A stretch of DNA of 64,000 nucleotides from Eledone cirrhosa (taxonomy: Eukaryota), in the NCBI GenBank assembly GCA_964016885.1, contig OZ024743.1, positions 285,572,001-285,636,000 of the forward strand, read 5' to 3'. This document shows positions 24,250-38,941 of this stretch, in pieces. Numbering within the stretch: the stretch's first letter is position 1; the number at the start of each line of letters is the position of its first letter. Position numbers and translations under genes: made by a program. The notes beneath the pieces were generated by a model that saw only the letters and a list, made by a program, of their open reading frames with translations, was not told where the DNA came from and did not search any database.

Positions 24250-24870
24250 GGAGACCAACAAGTTAGATTCACTTAGGAGTATGGCAGTTGGTGATGGTGT
24301 GCATCACAGCACTGCTTGTGGGACCAGTGATGTTATTGACACTCCTACACGTTTTGTGTGTATGTGCTAATTCTAAATGTTTCCAAATATTTGCATGTGA
24401 TTCAACATTTAGTGACAGGGACTGCATACCAGAGTTGTCAACTCTCCCCGTCCAACAAGGTGATGTCCTGTCCACTTTGGAGTGGGTGATAGATGTCTCT
24501 TGTGAAAATGGCTATAGTTTTCAATATGTAAAATCTCCCCAATATGAGCTACTTTTTTTCATCGTACTCCCCATTTGGGTTTTTAGAGGTTGGCAGATCT
24601 GGCATGAGTTAGAGCATGCTACAGTAACAAACTACACCTCTTGAATGTTCTAGTGGGATTTCATTATGAGTATTTTTGTTTAATTCTGTAGCTGTCCTGT
24701 GGGTATAACTTCTGTGATGTCTGTGATAATGCTAAATGTTTGTTTTATGAGATTTGATATAGTGTTTGGGACCCAGTCAGGACTGGCATAATCTATAATG
24801 TATCTAGTATATTGTTTGTAGACTAATGTTTGTGTTGATAAATGTAATGCTTGTAAGGGATCGCAATGTA
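24250..24870 (-). mobile_element. Highly degenerate non-LTR retrotransposon 3' region
   Basis: Minus strand YKQYTRYIIDYASPDWVP resembles the LINE 'RP.L.YA...W.P' motif; possible Cys/His remnant near 24280-24350. Confidence 0.4.
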
Positions 24871-24876
24871 CTTGAG

Positions 24877-25165
24877 TCATCATCATCATTTTACATCCTC
24901 TGTCCATCCTGTCATGGTTTGGATGGCTTGTTACAGTCTGATTGTATCAATCCATCTTACTTATACGTTTCATAGTTGACATAGTTTCTATGACTGAATG
25001 CCCTTCATAATGCCAACCACCTTGCATGGTGTACTGGGTGTTTTCTCTTGGTACCATCACTACTACTTTACAGTGTACTGGGTGTTTTTCATGGCATCAG
25101 CACTAACATTTTACAGGATGTACTGGCTCCATTATGTCATGGTATCAGCACTAGAGAGGCTGAGT
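24877..25165 (-). mobile_element. Old RTE 3' UTR remnant
   Basis: (ATC)n, then ATGCCCTTCATAATGCCAACCAC and repeated GTACTGGG units. Confidence 0.65.
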
Positions 25166-25321
25166 ATTGTAATATAAATATTTAAGAGCTATGAACATAG
25201 TAGGTAATCTTAGTATTTTTGTTGTTGTCTAGACCTAGGTCAACCCTCATTAAGGAAGATTTTGGATTTGCTTATCTTCTTTCTTCTTTTTCATTTTTTC
25301 TTTTACAAATATAATTTAGTT

Positions 25322-25575
25322 AAGGCAGCAAATTGGCAGAGTCGTTAAGACGCCGGATAGAATGCGTTACGGTATTCGTCCCACTTCACTGCACGCTATG
25401 AGGTCTACTTTGCCTTTCATCCTTTGGAGGTCGATAAAAAAAAGTACCATTCCAATACTGGGGTCGATTCTTCCTCTATAGACAAATTGGCTGTGTTCAG
25501 ACCTGGAGAGGGTTGGGCCGGTTTTAAATGTGCCCTAGACACCCCGTATGACGGTGCCTCTATGACTCCACAAGT
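25322..25575 (+). mobile_element. SINE family 2, long-tail variant
   Basis: TGGCAGAGTCG head, GCCTTTCATCCTTTGGAGGTCGATAAA domain, tail TTCTTCCTCTATA..GCCTCTATGACTC. Confidence 0.75.
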
Positions 25576-26399
25576 TATGGGATCTTTATCCTTTTTTATT
25601 CATAGAAGTTATCAAGAAATTATAAGAAATGATTAAAAGATAGTTGGATAAGCTATTATTGATTGATAAATGACAAAAATATAGACAATAAAATGAGCTG
25701 ATAATAGATAAATAATTATTGGTTAGCTGTGGTTTGGGAAAACTAGTGAATAGCTGATGTAAATATGTGGCTTAATGTATTAAAATATATGCCCCTGAAC
25801 AAAACAGTCATGTTCACACAACACACACATATATAAATACACATACATTCCCATCCTTTACTAGTTTGTACACAAGTCCACACTCATAAGTTAATTTCAG
25901 GTTAAGAATATTTGATGAAAACATTGTCAAAGAATTTTTTTTATTGCGACTAACCTTACTAACAGATGTTACTCTAGAGAAATTTTAATAAATTGTTATA
26001 CATTTTTTATACTAGTTTCCACATTGTTAAATGTCCATAGTAGTAGGAATTGCTGTTTCCATGTATGAACAGTCCATATGTGGAGCTAGTAATTACGTCC
26101 GAAATTTGTCAGCATGACGTGAACATATCCAGTAGAAAAGAACTTCATTCACCATAAGATCAATTGTATGAGGAATAGGAAAGAGAAACTCAGAGTAGCA
26201 ACTCACACAGACAAAGCTTTGAATAAATGATGTTATTCTACTCTACTTAACAGTATTAAGTATTTCTTCGCTTAATTACAATTTACTCCGGCTAAAACCC
26301 ACTGTCGTCTCCCCCCCCCCATTCTCTCTCTCTCTCTCTATATATATATAGAGAGAGAAAGCGAGAGATAGAGGTAGACAGAGAGGTAGAGAGAGAAAC

Positions 26400-26595
26400 A
26401 TTTATATTAGTAGGGAACAGCTTTTCTTTCGAAAGTATATTGAAAACACGGCTGTGCTCCAGTTTGATTATTTTTATTAAGGAATTTTCGTATTTCCTTA
26501 TTTGTTCTTTATGCTCAATTTGGAATAGTAGCATTCCTAAATCCATGTGCATTAACGTTTCGAAGCCTTCAAGGTTCTCTTTCTTTCTCGAGTAT
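26400..26595 (-). mobile_element. Possible Penelope-like terminal repeat remnant (half hammerhead plus start of an ORF)
   Basis: Minus strand GAACC UUGAA GGCUUC GAAA CGUU, then MDLGMLL..IRKYENSLIKIIKLEHSRVFN..KEKLFP, ending in a microsatellite; the PLE N-terminus resemblance is from memory only. Confidence 0.4.
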
Positions 26596-26749
26596 ATGAA
26601 TATACATATTTATACATATATACATGTGTGTGAAAGTGAGTGCGCGAAAAGATTTTTTCGCATTCTCAAGAGGAATTATTTCCTATTAGAAAGTGTTCCA
26701 TCTCATTCTCTCATTAAAAAATTACCCGTAAAACGTTTTGAGACGGAGT

Positions 26750-27243
26750 AACCTCCCTTATATTGTCCCCTCGTGTGTAGTGAGTACCAAAGTGATTCGT
26801 ATGGGCGTGACCTCCTCCTACTCCAGTGTGTCTTTAGAGTGGGAACAATACTGAAAGAACCAGGACGTCGGTAGGCGCTCAGACAGCCGTGGTGGGACTT
26901 ACCTAGAAACTACGAGTACATTCCACACTGTGGTGCTTACTTTTTTCATTCGTTAATTGAGTGTAATTAGTGTGTATGTGTGTTCTTTCTCTTCTTCAAC
27001 CGGGCCAAGTGAATCGGCATTAGCACTAGAATAGCTTGGCTAAGGTTTACATGGATTCGAGGTAGCAGCAGGATCGTGACGGCGGCAGCAGTGGACGTTA
27101 CAAGAGATTGGCGCTTGATTCTAGTAATAATGTGTTCCTTCTAACAGTGGGCAGACTTAAGGTACGGAAGGGAAAAAAAGCTGAAATCAAAACTGGAGCG
27201 GGAAAAGTAAAACACTACACTAGAACATTCTTCGTCAGTGAGT
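26750..27243. promoter_or_regulatory. Putative promoter / non-coding first exon region, possibly bidirectional
   Basis: GC- and CpG-rich non-repeat sequence; plus donors AAG|GTACGG (27162) and TCA|GTGAGT (27238); minus donor TAG|GTAAGT (intron starts 26902). Confidence 0.5.
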
Positions 27244-29439
27244 AAATTATGTTTTTCAGTTTCTCCTATAAGACTATATACCTTTCTTTTTCTCTCTGAT
27301 TTATAGACATAAAAAAAAAATGAAAATAGTTTTTATATTATTGAATTGACTGTAAATGAAAGATATAACACGATATTACTTTCACACAAACACTTTTGGA
27401 ACAAGATGAATCTGTTTACACCTGAAATAATCTTTAAATGTACCTTTCCTTGTTACTCAAGAAGTGTTAGTTTGCGGAAAATGTATAAAGGTTTCTACTT
27501 TCTGCCGTTGTTTGTTAGCCATTTATTTGACAGACAATCATATTGCTTGGCACCACAACACGGACTACTAAAACGAACAATCTTCATATCACAATTTAAA
27601 TTTTGCACCCCGACTCACACTTCACCTCTGTTTCAAAGTTAAAATTCGCTGCTTTCTTTTCATGAGTTGGCGGGTTTTATCCAAAGGTTTGTTTGCTTGT
27701 TTGTTGTTTTTTTTTTTACCCCCTATAAAACAAATCAAGGACAGAAAATTTTAAATTTAAGATAAGTAAAAGATTTATAGTTTCACTGATTTTTATGCGA
27801 TAATTTTAAAATATTTTGTATTTATTCATATACATTAAGCACATAATTGATTTCTTTTTTTCTTCTTCCTTTCTGTTTTTTCGAAGGAGTACGCGATTGA
27901 AGAAGTCACTAAAAAAACAAACAAACAAATAAACAGGATTATATATTTATAGTAAATATATTTTATTTGCATATTGAGAGAATTATCTCCCTGAAAGTGT
28001 TAAGAACGTTGGAAGCTACGACTGCCTGATGACTGAATATAAGTTAGTCGTGGTTGGAGGTAAGTGGAATTCAAAACTTGTCTAATAAAATCATATTTCC
28101 GTGTATATACTTGTATCTGTGTCTAAACAGGGCGTTGGTCTTAAGTTGTTTATAGTTCATGACTGACCTGTCTAGCTGCCATATAACTGGATTTTATATA
28201 GTCAATCAAGATGCATTCACTGACTCATTGCATTGAGTCTTGTGTGTGATTTACCCAAGGTTGACACACATTCGCGCACCTGCTGTAAAGTGATAGAAAC
28301 ATCCTCTTCTCGTTGATTGTATTCCTTTAAAAAACTGTTTTTGTTTTAAACTTGGGGATTCGGTCATTCTGCAGATTTTATAAACTGATATTTCATTTTA
28401 AAGTTCCATTCGGTTCAGGTGTTTTGCATCATTCAGTTTTCTCGACTTACCTATGGTATTTTTAAAGCTGCTTTTATTTACTCTTTGATTTATACAATCA
28501 ATGTCTTTAAAGCATGTCCGAACATCCAGTGGGGCATAACCTTAAAACATTAAAATATATAGATTTGTATATTATTTAAACCTGTTGGCAGTCTGTGGTA
28601 AAATAATATCGTGTTACTATAGTGTCATTTTTACTGGTTTTAAATTATTGTAGGGTGGGCGGGGTAGTTTATAGTGACACCGCCACCCTGCCACTAATAT
28701 CAACCATCATCGGTCTGCTGCTGTCTTTTCGTCGATTTTTATTAAATTACAAAGCATCTTATAACGACTCTATCTCGGTTGTCCCCCGACATCCCGTTCT
28801 CGCCTCATGCTTGCATCATTTTGTTGTTTTCTTCAAGCAATGTAGCCGCACCCCAGATTCTAATTGAGCAGTGTGTATACGCTTTAAAATCAATTGTTTC
28901 TATCACAGCTGGTCGCTGGAGATTCTGACCGGCTGTGCGTTTTACATTTGAACTATATTTGACCGCAGGTCTCCGACTTAATAACGTCGCTTTGACAATG
29001 CTCCCTCCCCAAATTAAGTCACTGAAAATATTAGTCTCTCATACACACAATGTGTCATTGATTTTTGCCTCTTGTGTTCAAATCACGCATGTACTTTCTT
29101 TGATTCTAATATCGTTCAAATATTAAGAATAAATCATTATATACGATTCATCGTCATATTTTTGAAGGCTAACAGTTTAATAGTTACAACTATACAATCC
29201 TTGTTTTCATCTGCTTTCTCCCAGTATCCCCTCCCCCATTTGATCAATTTCTTTCTAGTGATACTATATCTCACAGCGGCGAGTAGAAGGGTTGTCTATC
29301 ATTTATGTTGCCTGTAGTTAAAGTAGTAAGTTAGGCTGTTTTATTTACTTCTTGCTCAGAATAAACAATAAAAAAAATAATAAATAGCAATGGTTGGGGT
29401 GGAGTTGACATAATTTATATATTCCCGTCTCTGCTATAT

Positions 29440-29512
<73 letters not shown>

Positions 29513-30363
29513 GTTCGTAACTGATGATTCATTCTGTTGCTAATCAGTTTCTTGCTGTGTGATCCCTCAGGCGACAAACTAACCACTGTTTCTCGCATTT
29601 GTATTTTTAAAAGTGTGTACTTTGACTATTCAAAAATGTAATAATTTGAAATTACTGACGACGATGAAATCCCTTTCTCTCATATAACTGATACTTGGAG
29701 GTGAAGTATTAACGAATGCTTATGGTAGATTATATTTGAAATAAAGTGTTGAATACTGATTATCATGTATAGGCATAAAGTACTCAGATTTAAAGGTTAT
29801 GGAAATTTGAGGGCACATTCATAGCATTGAGGACGAACGTGAAGTTGAATATTTTCAGGGAACCAGGTGGCTGGGTTGCAAACGTGGAGTTGAAGAAATG
29901 AGTTGTTTCTATTGGATTGTGTAAAAGAAATAACACAAGAGATCTACGTATGTTTGACGATGAAAGGGGTAAATACTGAGGATAAGAATTAAATATTTTC
30001 TTTGAAGTCAACTAACTTTTATTCTTCTATAGTCAATAAAATAGATAGTGTCGACCACTCGATTATACCTCTCACCGTCAAGATCTAGTCTAGTACGTGT
30101 GTGCTAGGCGTTTATGAGAAATGTTTTGTGTTCGCTCGTCTATAACAATGTTTATTAATTATTTCATAATCAGCCGGTGGGGCAGATGTCATCGTAATTT
30201 TTTAATTTTTATATTTAGTTTGCTATATAGTTAGCACTGTAAACTGATAGGATATATTTCATTTTGTCCATGCTTTTTAATTTGAATATCTACTATAATA
30301 TGACTTGGCGTGCAGAGTTGAGTGTACAGGTGTTTCTCATATCTTAAATTTCAATAACGGCAG

Positions 30364-30411
<48 letters not shown>

Positions 30412-33400
30412 CTATCTTGGTCTCTGTTTTCTATACAGTTCCTGCATACTCACTCACACACACACACTCTCTCTCTCTCGAGAGAGAGTACATTCGTGTT
30501 TTCACACATATTTTCGTTCTGATGTATACACGCACAAACCACGCTCTCACATATGTGTAGTGTACACATTTATTTTGTTAGCTGTTAAGGGTTATGTATT
30601 AAACGATAGTGCTGGTGATAGCAGTAATAGTATTGAAGTAGTGGGAATTCTCTTTTCACTAACTGTTTATCATACATACTCTTTAATGACAATCTTTTCT
30701 ATCATTTAATGTTTTATTTTATATCTTTTTCTGATTTTTTTTTCTGCACAGTTGCCTAATATCTCAATCTTTGTGTGCGTTCTAGTTTACGGATAGAGAG
30801 CTCATATTAAAAACCATTTTACTTCAATTTTATTCAGGGTCTACTCACACCCTTGGTAGCAACTTTTAAAATGCCTTAGTGTTTATAATACATCTATTAC
30901 CACCTCCCGTTCCTCACTAATTACCTTGAACATAAATACACAAACAAACACAATATAATGGGTGGTAAATTAAGCAAAAGAATGTACTCCGTAGAATTAC
31001 ATTTATTCAGAGCTTAGTATGTCGCTATTCGGAGTATCTCATTCTTGATCACATACAAATATTAAAGGGGAGAAAGAGAAACTTAGTTAAAACGAGTGTA
31101 GATTATTTTTTTCTCCCAGGCTGCGTGCTATTATTCACTGCAATCCCTTAACTTTGCCATTTGCTGCAATATGGGGAACAATGTTATAAAATTAAATTTA
31201 TTCTTATTAATATATTTGTTTTGTTGCCTTTTTTTAATTTCTTTTCTATTAAACCGAGAATGTCTTTCTTTAAAATTGAAATGAAAGCGGGTAATGATCA
31301 CATTACTCTAGTATGTATTGAATGTTTAGCTCAGGTTAATTGCTGTAGAAAATTAGCTCTCGGCATGCTAAGCTCAGCCGTGAGCCGGTTTCGATTTCCG
31401 GTTATGGCCATTTCGTTTCACTTCTATCGTTGAATATCCTTCAGAAAGTCATAAGCGTCACAATTTTTATTTCTTTTTCCTCTCATAAAATATCAAAGAA
31501 GCTATTTACCCATGTACAAAATCTATATCCCTAGCATTGCTCTATTTCGTCTCTGTAAACTGAATAATAGTATGGCCCATTTTATTATTGAAGTAAAATT
31601 GTTTTTTGGACAAATTAAAGTCGTTTAACACAATTCTACTCAATCTTTATAAACATCATTGATACACTCATACAAGTACGTACTAAATGAACATAATTGC
31701 ATCTCAATATTTATTTTATTTACATTCATATGGGACCTATTTTGTGTGTGTCTGTTTCTGAGTACATTCACACTCTGTATTTGCGGTTATGTTGAATTCA
31801 TGAACCTCTACTTTTTCAACTTTTTATTTTTTTTAAACTAAAATTAGTAGCTAACCTCTCTAATTAGACCAGGTGTTGAGACGGTTGCTAATTCTTAGTA
31901 ACTTCCTATGATTTTTCTACCAAATTATGACGATGTACTTTCTTCCAATCTGGATATAAATATTATCTTAGCCTTAATAGCTTGATGATTATTATATATA
32001 AATGTATTATTATTATATAAATATTCTTAAGTCAGACAGATACCGTTGATACCCTCATACATTCAGTGTTCGGATTTGTATCAATATGTAATTACATTTT
32101 AGTAAATTTTTATCTAACGCTATAATATATCATCGTCTTATAGTTATTTTTAGATATTTCATCACATTTCATATGTAATATTACTCAAAATAATATTCCT
32201 TATGGTTGAGTTTTCATGAACAGCAGCAAGGAAATTGTCATGGATTCTCCCCCTCCCTCTGTACACATTTTACATGGCCTGGGGGGAGGGAAATGGTTGT
32301 CGTTATAAAATGCTGGTTGTTGGTTGGCTTTGTATATATTTTCAACGGCTTTCGTTAACCCAGTACAAACAGTATGGCATGTTTCAAACACTAGTTTCTA
32401 TACAACTCCCAGCTATCTGTTCTCTTTCTTCTATCACTCAAGCTTACTCCCCCGTCTTGTCACACCCTAATGATACTGCTCTGAACATTTTGTTTTACTC
32501 TTGGGATGTCCTAGTTTTGACCCCCCTCCCTTTTTTTTAATTCCTGTATAATACATAATATACTCCAAAATATTTCTCTCGTTCTTCCTGTACATGTTGC
32601 GTCATCGAAAGGCCTTTCTTATGTTTTCTTTACATTATTTTCATATGTTAAGTCAGCCCGGTACTTGCACGTGTTGTGGAATATGTACAGAACTATTATA
32701 TCATCGAAATAACCTTTCTTCTTTCTCATTACATTGTTTGCCTAACGACCGCCTACTTCTCGGTGCTACTATCATTAAATCTATATTTGTTTTATTTCAA
32801 TTCAACACCTTGCCGGCGTTTGGATTTCTAGTATTTCATCAATGTTCGTTCTGTTCATGGACATCATATACACGTATGTCTGTTTTCCTGCCTGCTTGCC
32901 AAACTTTTTTCCCCTTGAGATATTAGAATTTCAAAGTTAAACATAAGAATAAAATTCTCTTCTCATACCATACTAACATTGTCAATTAAAAAAAAAAAAA
33001 AAAATGGAATATTATAACTATATGATATTGTGCTATTTTAGTTGAAAGTGGGCATAAACGCTTGAAACCATTTATCCAAGGCTTGGCATTGCTTTTTTTT
33101 TTTTTATCGAGAGAACTTGTCAATTGCCAAATCAAATACCATAACTTGAAAATGGAGACCAGGTTTTTAATTCCTAAATCGGCACACATAATAGATAATG
33201 TTTAATCAAGTTCAACATTGACCATCTGTCTAATAAAGAATGCAGAATCTGCCCTCAATCTCCCATTAATGTGGAGTTTTTAAATGTTATCAGTATATTC
33301 TTCTTCACTGATATATATATATTTTTACCAAAAATCATTATTACATACAATCAACATGCTTTTGAAATATTCTGCCTTATTTTTCCCATATTTTAAAAAT

Positions 33401-34664
33401 CATTTGTCTATTAACAGCAATTTAAACAATAATCAATCCTATTAAGATTTCCTCTATGAAAGTTTAAAATATTCTGGTCGTAATTTTTTCTTTTTGAAAA
33501 AGTCAAAGATTCACCTATCATAGTTACTGTAAATTGTGTAAGCCTCATAGATTGGAGGTAGACTAACAGAAAATAGAGTTTGTGGCCTTGTTTCAATCTT
33601 CCATTGGAGCCGTTTTCACTTCACACTTTTCATTGTGAATAAAACATGACCATTTCATGTTCCATTTTGCTCTTATTAATAATCTTAGACTTAATTTGTC
33701 TACTTAGAGAAAGCAGTGCAAATCTACTCTATTGCATGCTCTGAAAGACATAATAAACAATGTCATACATAGCAAGAAAGTTCTCATAATTAAAAAGTGA
33801 CATTTGACCATTCTTAAGAACTCAAACCAAAATAATCTCCTAATTGCATACTTATAAACAGCTGTAGCTAAGTCGTTTTCATGCTTGCTTCTGTATTCAT
33901 TGTCTTAGAGCATCAACAGATCCTAGAATATTCTTTTTACAGTTATTGTACTATATGCAAATGATACAAAGATCTGTATTCTCTTATTTTCTATTTTAAT
34001 TATCTATGATGTCTTCATTCATAATAATTCTCAAGCTCTTTCAACCCAAATCTCAATGTAATGATTCAAGGTACTGAAATGACAAAATAATATCCATTCT
34101 GTTTCTTCTTTACCACTCTTAACTTTTTTTATTGTCCTTGTATGATGCAATGAAACAGTTTTCTATATAGTTAGACAGTTTTATTTTAATAGAATGCTGT
34201 TATTTTTGCTGATTTTACTTCTGTTGGTTCATAAATTTAATAGGAAAGGCAGTGTTCATAGTGTTTTTACAGTTTCTTTGTGTGCATGAAAGACAAGGCA
34301 GAGATGAGCATAAGAGGAGTTATATGTAGTGTACAAGTGAAAAGATTGCACTGGTGCAGACATTTAATGTGTATAGATAATGATTGTTGTATGAAGGAGT
34401 GAAAGGAGTTCCAAGTAAAACAAATGTGGGAGATATAGACCTAGACAGATTAGGAGGGTAGAGGTGGCGAAAGTGGATCTCAGGATGTTAAACCTCTCAA
34501 AGGAACTTGACAAATAGAGAGAAGCTGTGCTTGAGAGGGTACATGGGAAAAATGACATGACAATGATATCATCAGCAATTTTGCATCTGCCTTTTCATAT
34601 TGGCTTGGGTTGGAACTTTTTGGGGCAGGGTTTTACAGTTAAATGCCCTTTTAGTTACCTCTTT

Positions 34665-35830
34665 TGATAAAGAAATCTAGAGGTAAATGAATGACTTGTT
34701 AGGGTCATGTACAGAAATAGTCAATAAATTCAGCAAAGAATTTTGTGTGCAAGATGGGATCCAACAGAGCTCAGTTCCTAGATTCCTCTTGTTTATTATA
34801 GTCCTCTAGGCCATAACAGACCATAGTTCACAGGAACTCTTGAAATCTGATGATCAAGTTGTAGTAGTCTGTAAGAGAAATTCTAGACATAGAAGCAAAA
34901 CTTGGAATCTAAAGGCCTCAAAGTAAGAAGATAGGAAAATGGTTGGGCTTAGTATGTAAAAAAGGAGTAGGAAGAAACTCTGTAAAGTGTAGCCTGTGTA
35001 TACAAGGGTACACAAGATGTTTAGTGACATATAAGGTAGACATCATTTGTGGCAGTAAGAATAGAAGTGAAATAAATACTTGGAAGCCTCACTAGAAGTT
35101 TTTGATAATTTTTGCTATCCAGGTGACTTACTATATATACTCGAATAAAAGATGACCTCTCTATTTTATGTCTGAGAAATGGGCAAAAATACAAACCTGT
35201 TTATAAGCTGACATTATGTTTAAATGGAAAATATAAGCCAATCCCCTCCCCCTCCCATTTTACCATTGATTTTTTGAGAGGTCACATATTCCTCGGCTTA
35301 TATTCAAGTATATATGATAATTAGCGAAAGCAATGGATATACCAGAGTGAGAGCAGGATGGAAATAATTCCAAGAGTTTTTATTATATCAATTGGCAACA
35401 AAGAGTTTTTCTCTCAGGGTGAAAGGGAAATTGTTGTATACAAAATGCGAAATGTGGGCCATGATGCTTGTATACATGGTAGTGAAACATGGGTTTGAAG
35501 GGAGTTGCTCTGTGACAGATGGAAAGCAATGAAGTAAGTATGATTGGTTGGAAATGTAATGTTAGTGTGCATGAAAAAGAATTGAGCTGAAAGAAAAGGT
35601 GGATACAAGAGGGATCGGATGTAATAAGCAACAGAATGCTACAGTGGTGTAGATGTAATGTGTATGGAGTATGTTAATTATATTAAGTGCTGAGCTCTTG
35701 AAATGGATGGAACATATGGAAGAGAAAAAACATGGGATGATGTGGTGAAGACAAAACCTTGAGAAGCTGAGCCTCATAAATAAGATGACAAAAAAATCAT
35801 AACTGCAGATATGCTGTGCAAGAGAAGACC
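34665..35830 (+). mobile_element. Very old RTE LINE remnant
   Basis: Decayed EWLVR, GIQQSSV, CKKGVGRNSVKC, IHGSETW and MESNE motifs. Confidence 0.7.
35131..35317. mobile_element. pogo/Tigger-type MITE nested in the RTE remnant
   Basis: TIRs CTATATATACTCGAATAAAAG and CTTATATTCAAGTATATATGA; TA on both sides; splits the YPGDL|ISES segment. Confidence 0.7.
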
Positions 35831-38800
35831 TGTGATGTATATGTATGTAATAAAGTTAAGACTTAGGAGATACTTGTTCCATGTTGCAGGCATTACTATA
35901 TCCTCTTGGACAAGATAATCTGGTGAGCATAAATTACATAGACATGCAAGAAATGGTGGGGAAAATGGTTCAAATTCTGCAAAGTTTCATCTTTAGAATC
36001 AACTGTGAGATACTAGCATTAGTTCAATTGACTATAAAATTATCCTTGTGACAAAACATTAGTAGTCATAGTGGTAGTGGCAGTACTATTAGTAACAGTG
36101 GTGGTAGAAGCAGTGGTATGATGATGGTGATATCTTTAGAATCTGTCACTAGAGATTATGTGTCTGATATTTGAACTCCTGACATTCCCATTAGGAATGT
36201 ACAAAAAAAATATCAGTCAACTGCTAGTCAATCTATGAGAGAAAAAAAAAGTCACTAGGTAATAAAGTTAAACATTAGAATTGAATTTTTTTTTTTTTTT
36301 TGCTTTATCAGTTGAATATATTCCCCCCCCCCCCCATCTTTCCCAAAGTCTTGTTTATAAAATAAATCCATGTTTCAGCAAAACTGAAAACTATCTAAAT
36401 ACACCATTTTTCATTCTCTCTTACTTTTTATTATTTTTATTACAATTTTGTTTTGAAATGCTTGTGTAATGAAATCCTGAATAATTACATGAACTGAGGT
36501 TCAGTCATCCACCCATTTGGTCATTTTTTTTTGCCTCTACATTACTAAACATGCATTTTTTTTTATAGAGGCAGTATAGTATGCTGGAGATATAAAATAG
36601 GAATTTTCTGTCTGTATGTCTATTTATTTGAGTCATTTTATTTTTACTGATTTAGGTTTGTTGATTTTTTTTTCCTCTTAATTGTTTAGTATTGAATTAC
36701 TATCTCTACTGCTAACCATGAAGTTAGAGTTGAGCCAATAGTCAAGCAAGCATGCTACTGTATCTTTGCTAAGGGTTATTAGAGTACACCATGTACCTTT
36801 TTCAAAAATATGACTAGCTGTATGGTTTCAGCTGATTCAATAGATCCGCACCCTAACTTCTCATTAAAATTACATTTATGTATGTGTTGTTTTGAATCTC
36901 TGTTAATCTTTGCTTGAGTTTATCTATGATATTTGGAGGTAAGTAATTGAAGGCATTACTGTGACCCACAGGTTTGAGAACAAGAACATTGCAAGTAAGC
37001 CTATCATATTATTAGCCTGGGCTGAACATCACCCATATTCTAGATATAACTTTTTTCCATCTTCATTTTGATTATGGTTGTTGAGATTAGTACTAGTAAT
37101 CTGTTACAGTCAAGTCAAATGACAATACACCGTCATTTGGCAAAACTGACTTTATACCTAGTTAAATAATTTTGGGGACAAAAATTTAGACTCAAATAAG
37201 ATGCTACCTTCTTTAGTTCGATTTTCCATGATACTGTTTTAAAAAAATTTGTCCTTATCTGCCATAACGCTGATTTCACTTACTCTTAATGTCCTGTACC
37301 ACATGAAACCACATTAGCAGGATATTCTTACAAAAAGCATGATGATTACATCACATTAAAAATGAAAGTATTTTCTGTAATATTTCACAAAGATCTTACC
37401 ACGAATGAAGATACTAACAAGCCCATTTTTAGATATTTTCTGCTAAATTATTACAGAATGCTACCAGTTAAACTGAGTATCGGTAGAAATTAGAATATCT
37501 AATCACTTATCTTGCATTAAAAACAATATTTAGTCTTTTCTTACTGATTCTTCTAAGATTCCTGCTAAGAATCTTAACTATCTTGAGAAAGGCATCAATA
37601 TTAATTATTTCTCCTTTGTTTTTTTTCTCAAATCTGTGACACTATGCCTACGTCAGTAACCATTGGATTGTAAATATTGACCAATTACATCAGAGTAATT
37701 AAGATGTGCCATATATACATATACACACACACATGTACATACATGTAACATGCTCTTTTAGTTTCCATCTACCAAATTCACTTAAGGCATTATAGTAGAA
37801 GTTATTTGTCCAGGTGCTATACCATTATCAGGTTGGAACAAAAGCTCTGTCTGATTTTGAAGCCAAAACTATTGACAAGATTTATTAAAATTCGATCTCT
37901 ATCCGATGTTTAGTTATGCCACTATAGGTAATAAACAACCACCTCTTTTAGATTATGAACACATAATTTATGAAACTGCTTCCAGCTTGGCCCCATGTTT
38001 GATTTTACTGAACACATTTGATGTTAAGTTTCATAGAGAGATCAATGCAAACACAGCAACAAACTTCATACAGAGCACTCATGGGGTTGATATGGTGTAT
38101 GAAATAATGTGGGTTTCCTGTTTTAGAAATGGGGAATTTAACCTAAACAATGAGCTAATAGTGAGTTTTCCTGATTAGACTTGATTCAAGGAGCTGTTAC
38201 AGAAAATCTTGGCATTACAGCTAGGGAACTCAGCAGGCATTTCAGTGTTGTCCATACGACAGTCCTATATGATTTGAAAAACGGGTCTCGCATGATCTGT
38301 CTGTAGAGAATTGCCAACATGTTGATTACTTTGAGGCATTGCATACATGACAACTCTCTTGGACAGAGTTGTTACTGATCGTGGTTATAAACTAGTCCAG
38401 CAGCAGAGAGGAGAGTCCTGCATCTAAAAAAGACATTAAGTGTGAACTCACAATTCAAATCCTACCAAGGTTAGCTTTGTCTTTCATCTTTTCATGGTCT
38501 ATAGATAAATTACCAGTCCTGGTCAGTGGTTTGGTGGAATTGTTAGAGTTGAACAAGATGCTTTGCTGTATCTCTTTCAGTCCTTTGAATTCTGTTTGCC
38601 TGCAATATCATTGATGCCAAGCAGTATTGGCCCCTGCCTTTTTCTTGGATAATATTTGATGGCATGAAGGGAGACTTGCAAACATAGATGACTTCTAGTC
38701 TTCGACATAAAAATCCTTGTCCATGCCTGAACCTTTGGGAAAAGAAAAATGGAAGTTATGGTGGTGGTATGGGGGAAGGGGTTTTGTGTTTTTTCTGAAG

Positions 38801-38941
38801 ACATTGATATGATTTGAAGAACATATGACTACTAATTCTAGCAGATAAAGTGACCAATTTGTTTACTCATCTATTGTAATTAGTTTTTAACAGGGCTATT
38901 ACTTGCAAAATATCAGTTGTAGAAAAAACATAGATGTAGAT

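Noticed and set aside
27230-29670. Scattered CUGANGA hits (27232-, 28026+, 29521+, 29655+)
   Set aside because: Lack hammerhead helices; expected by chance.
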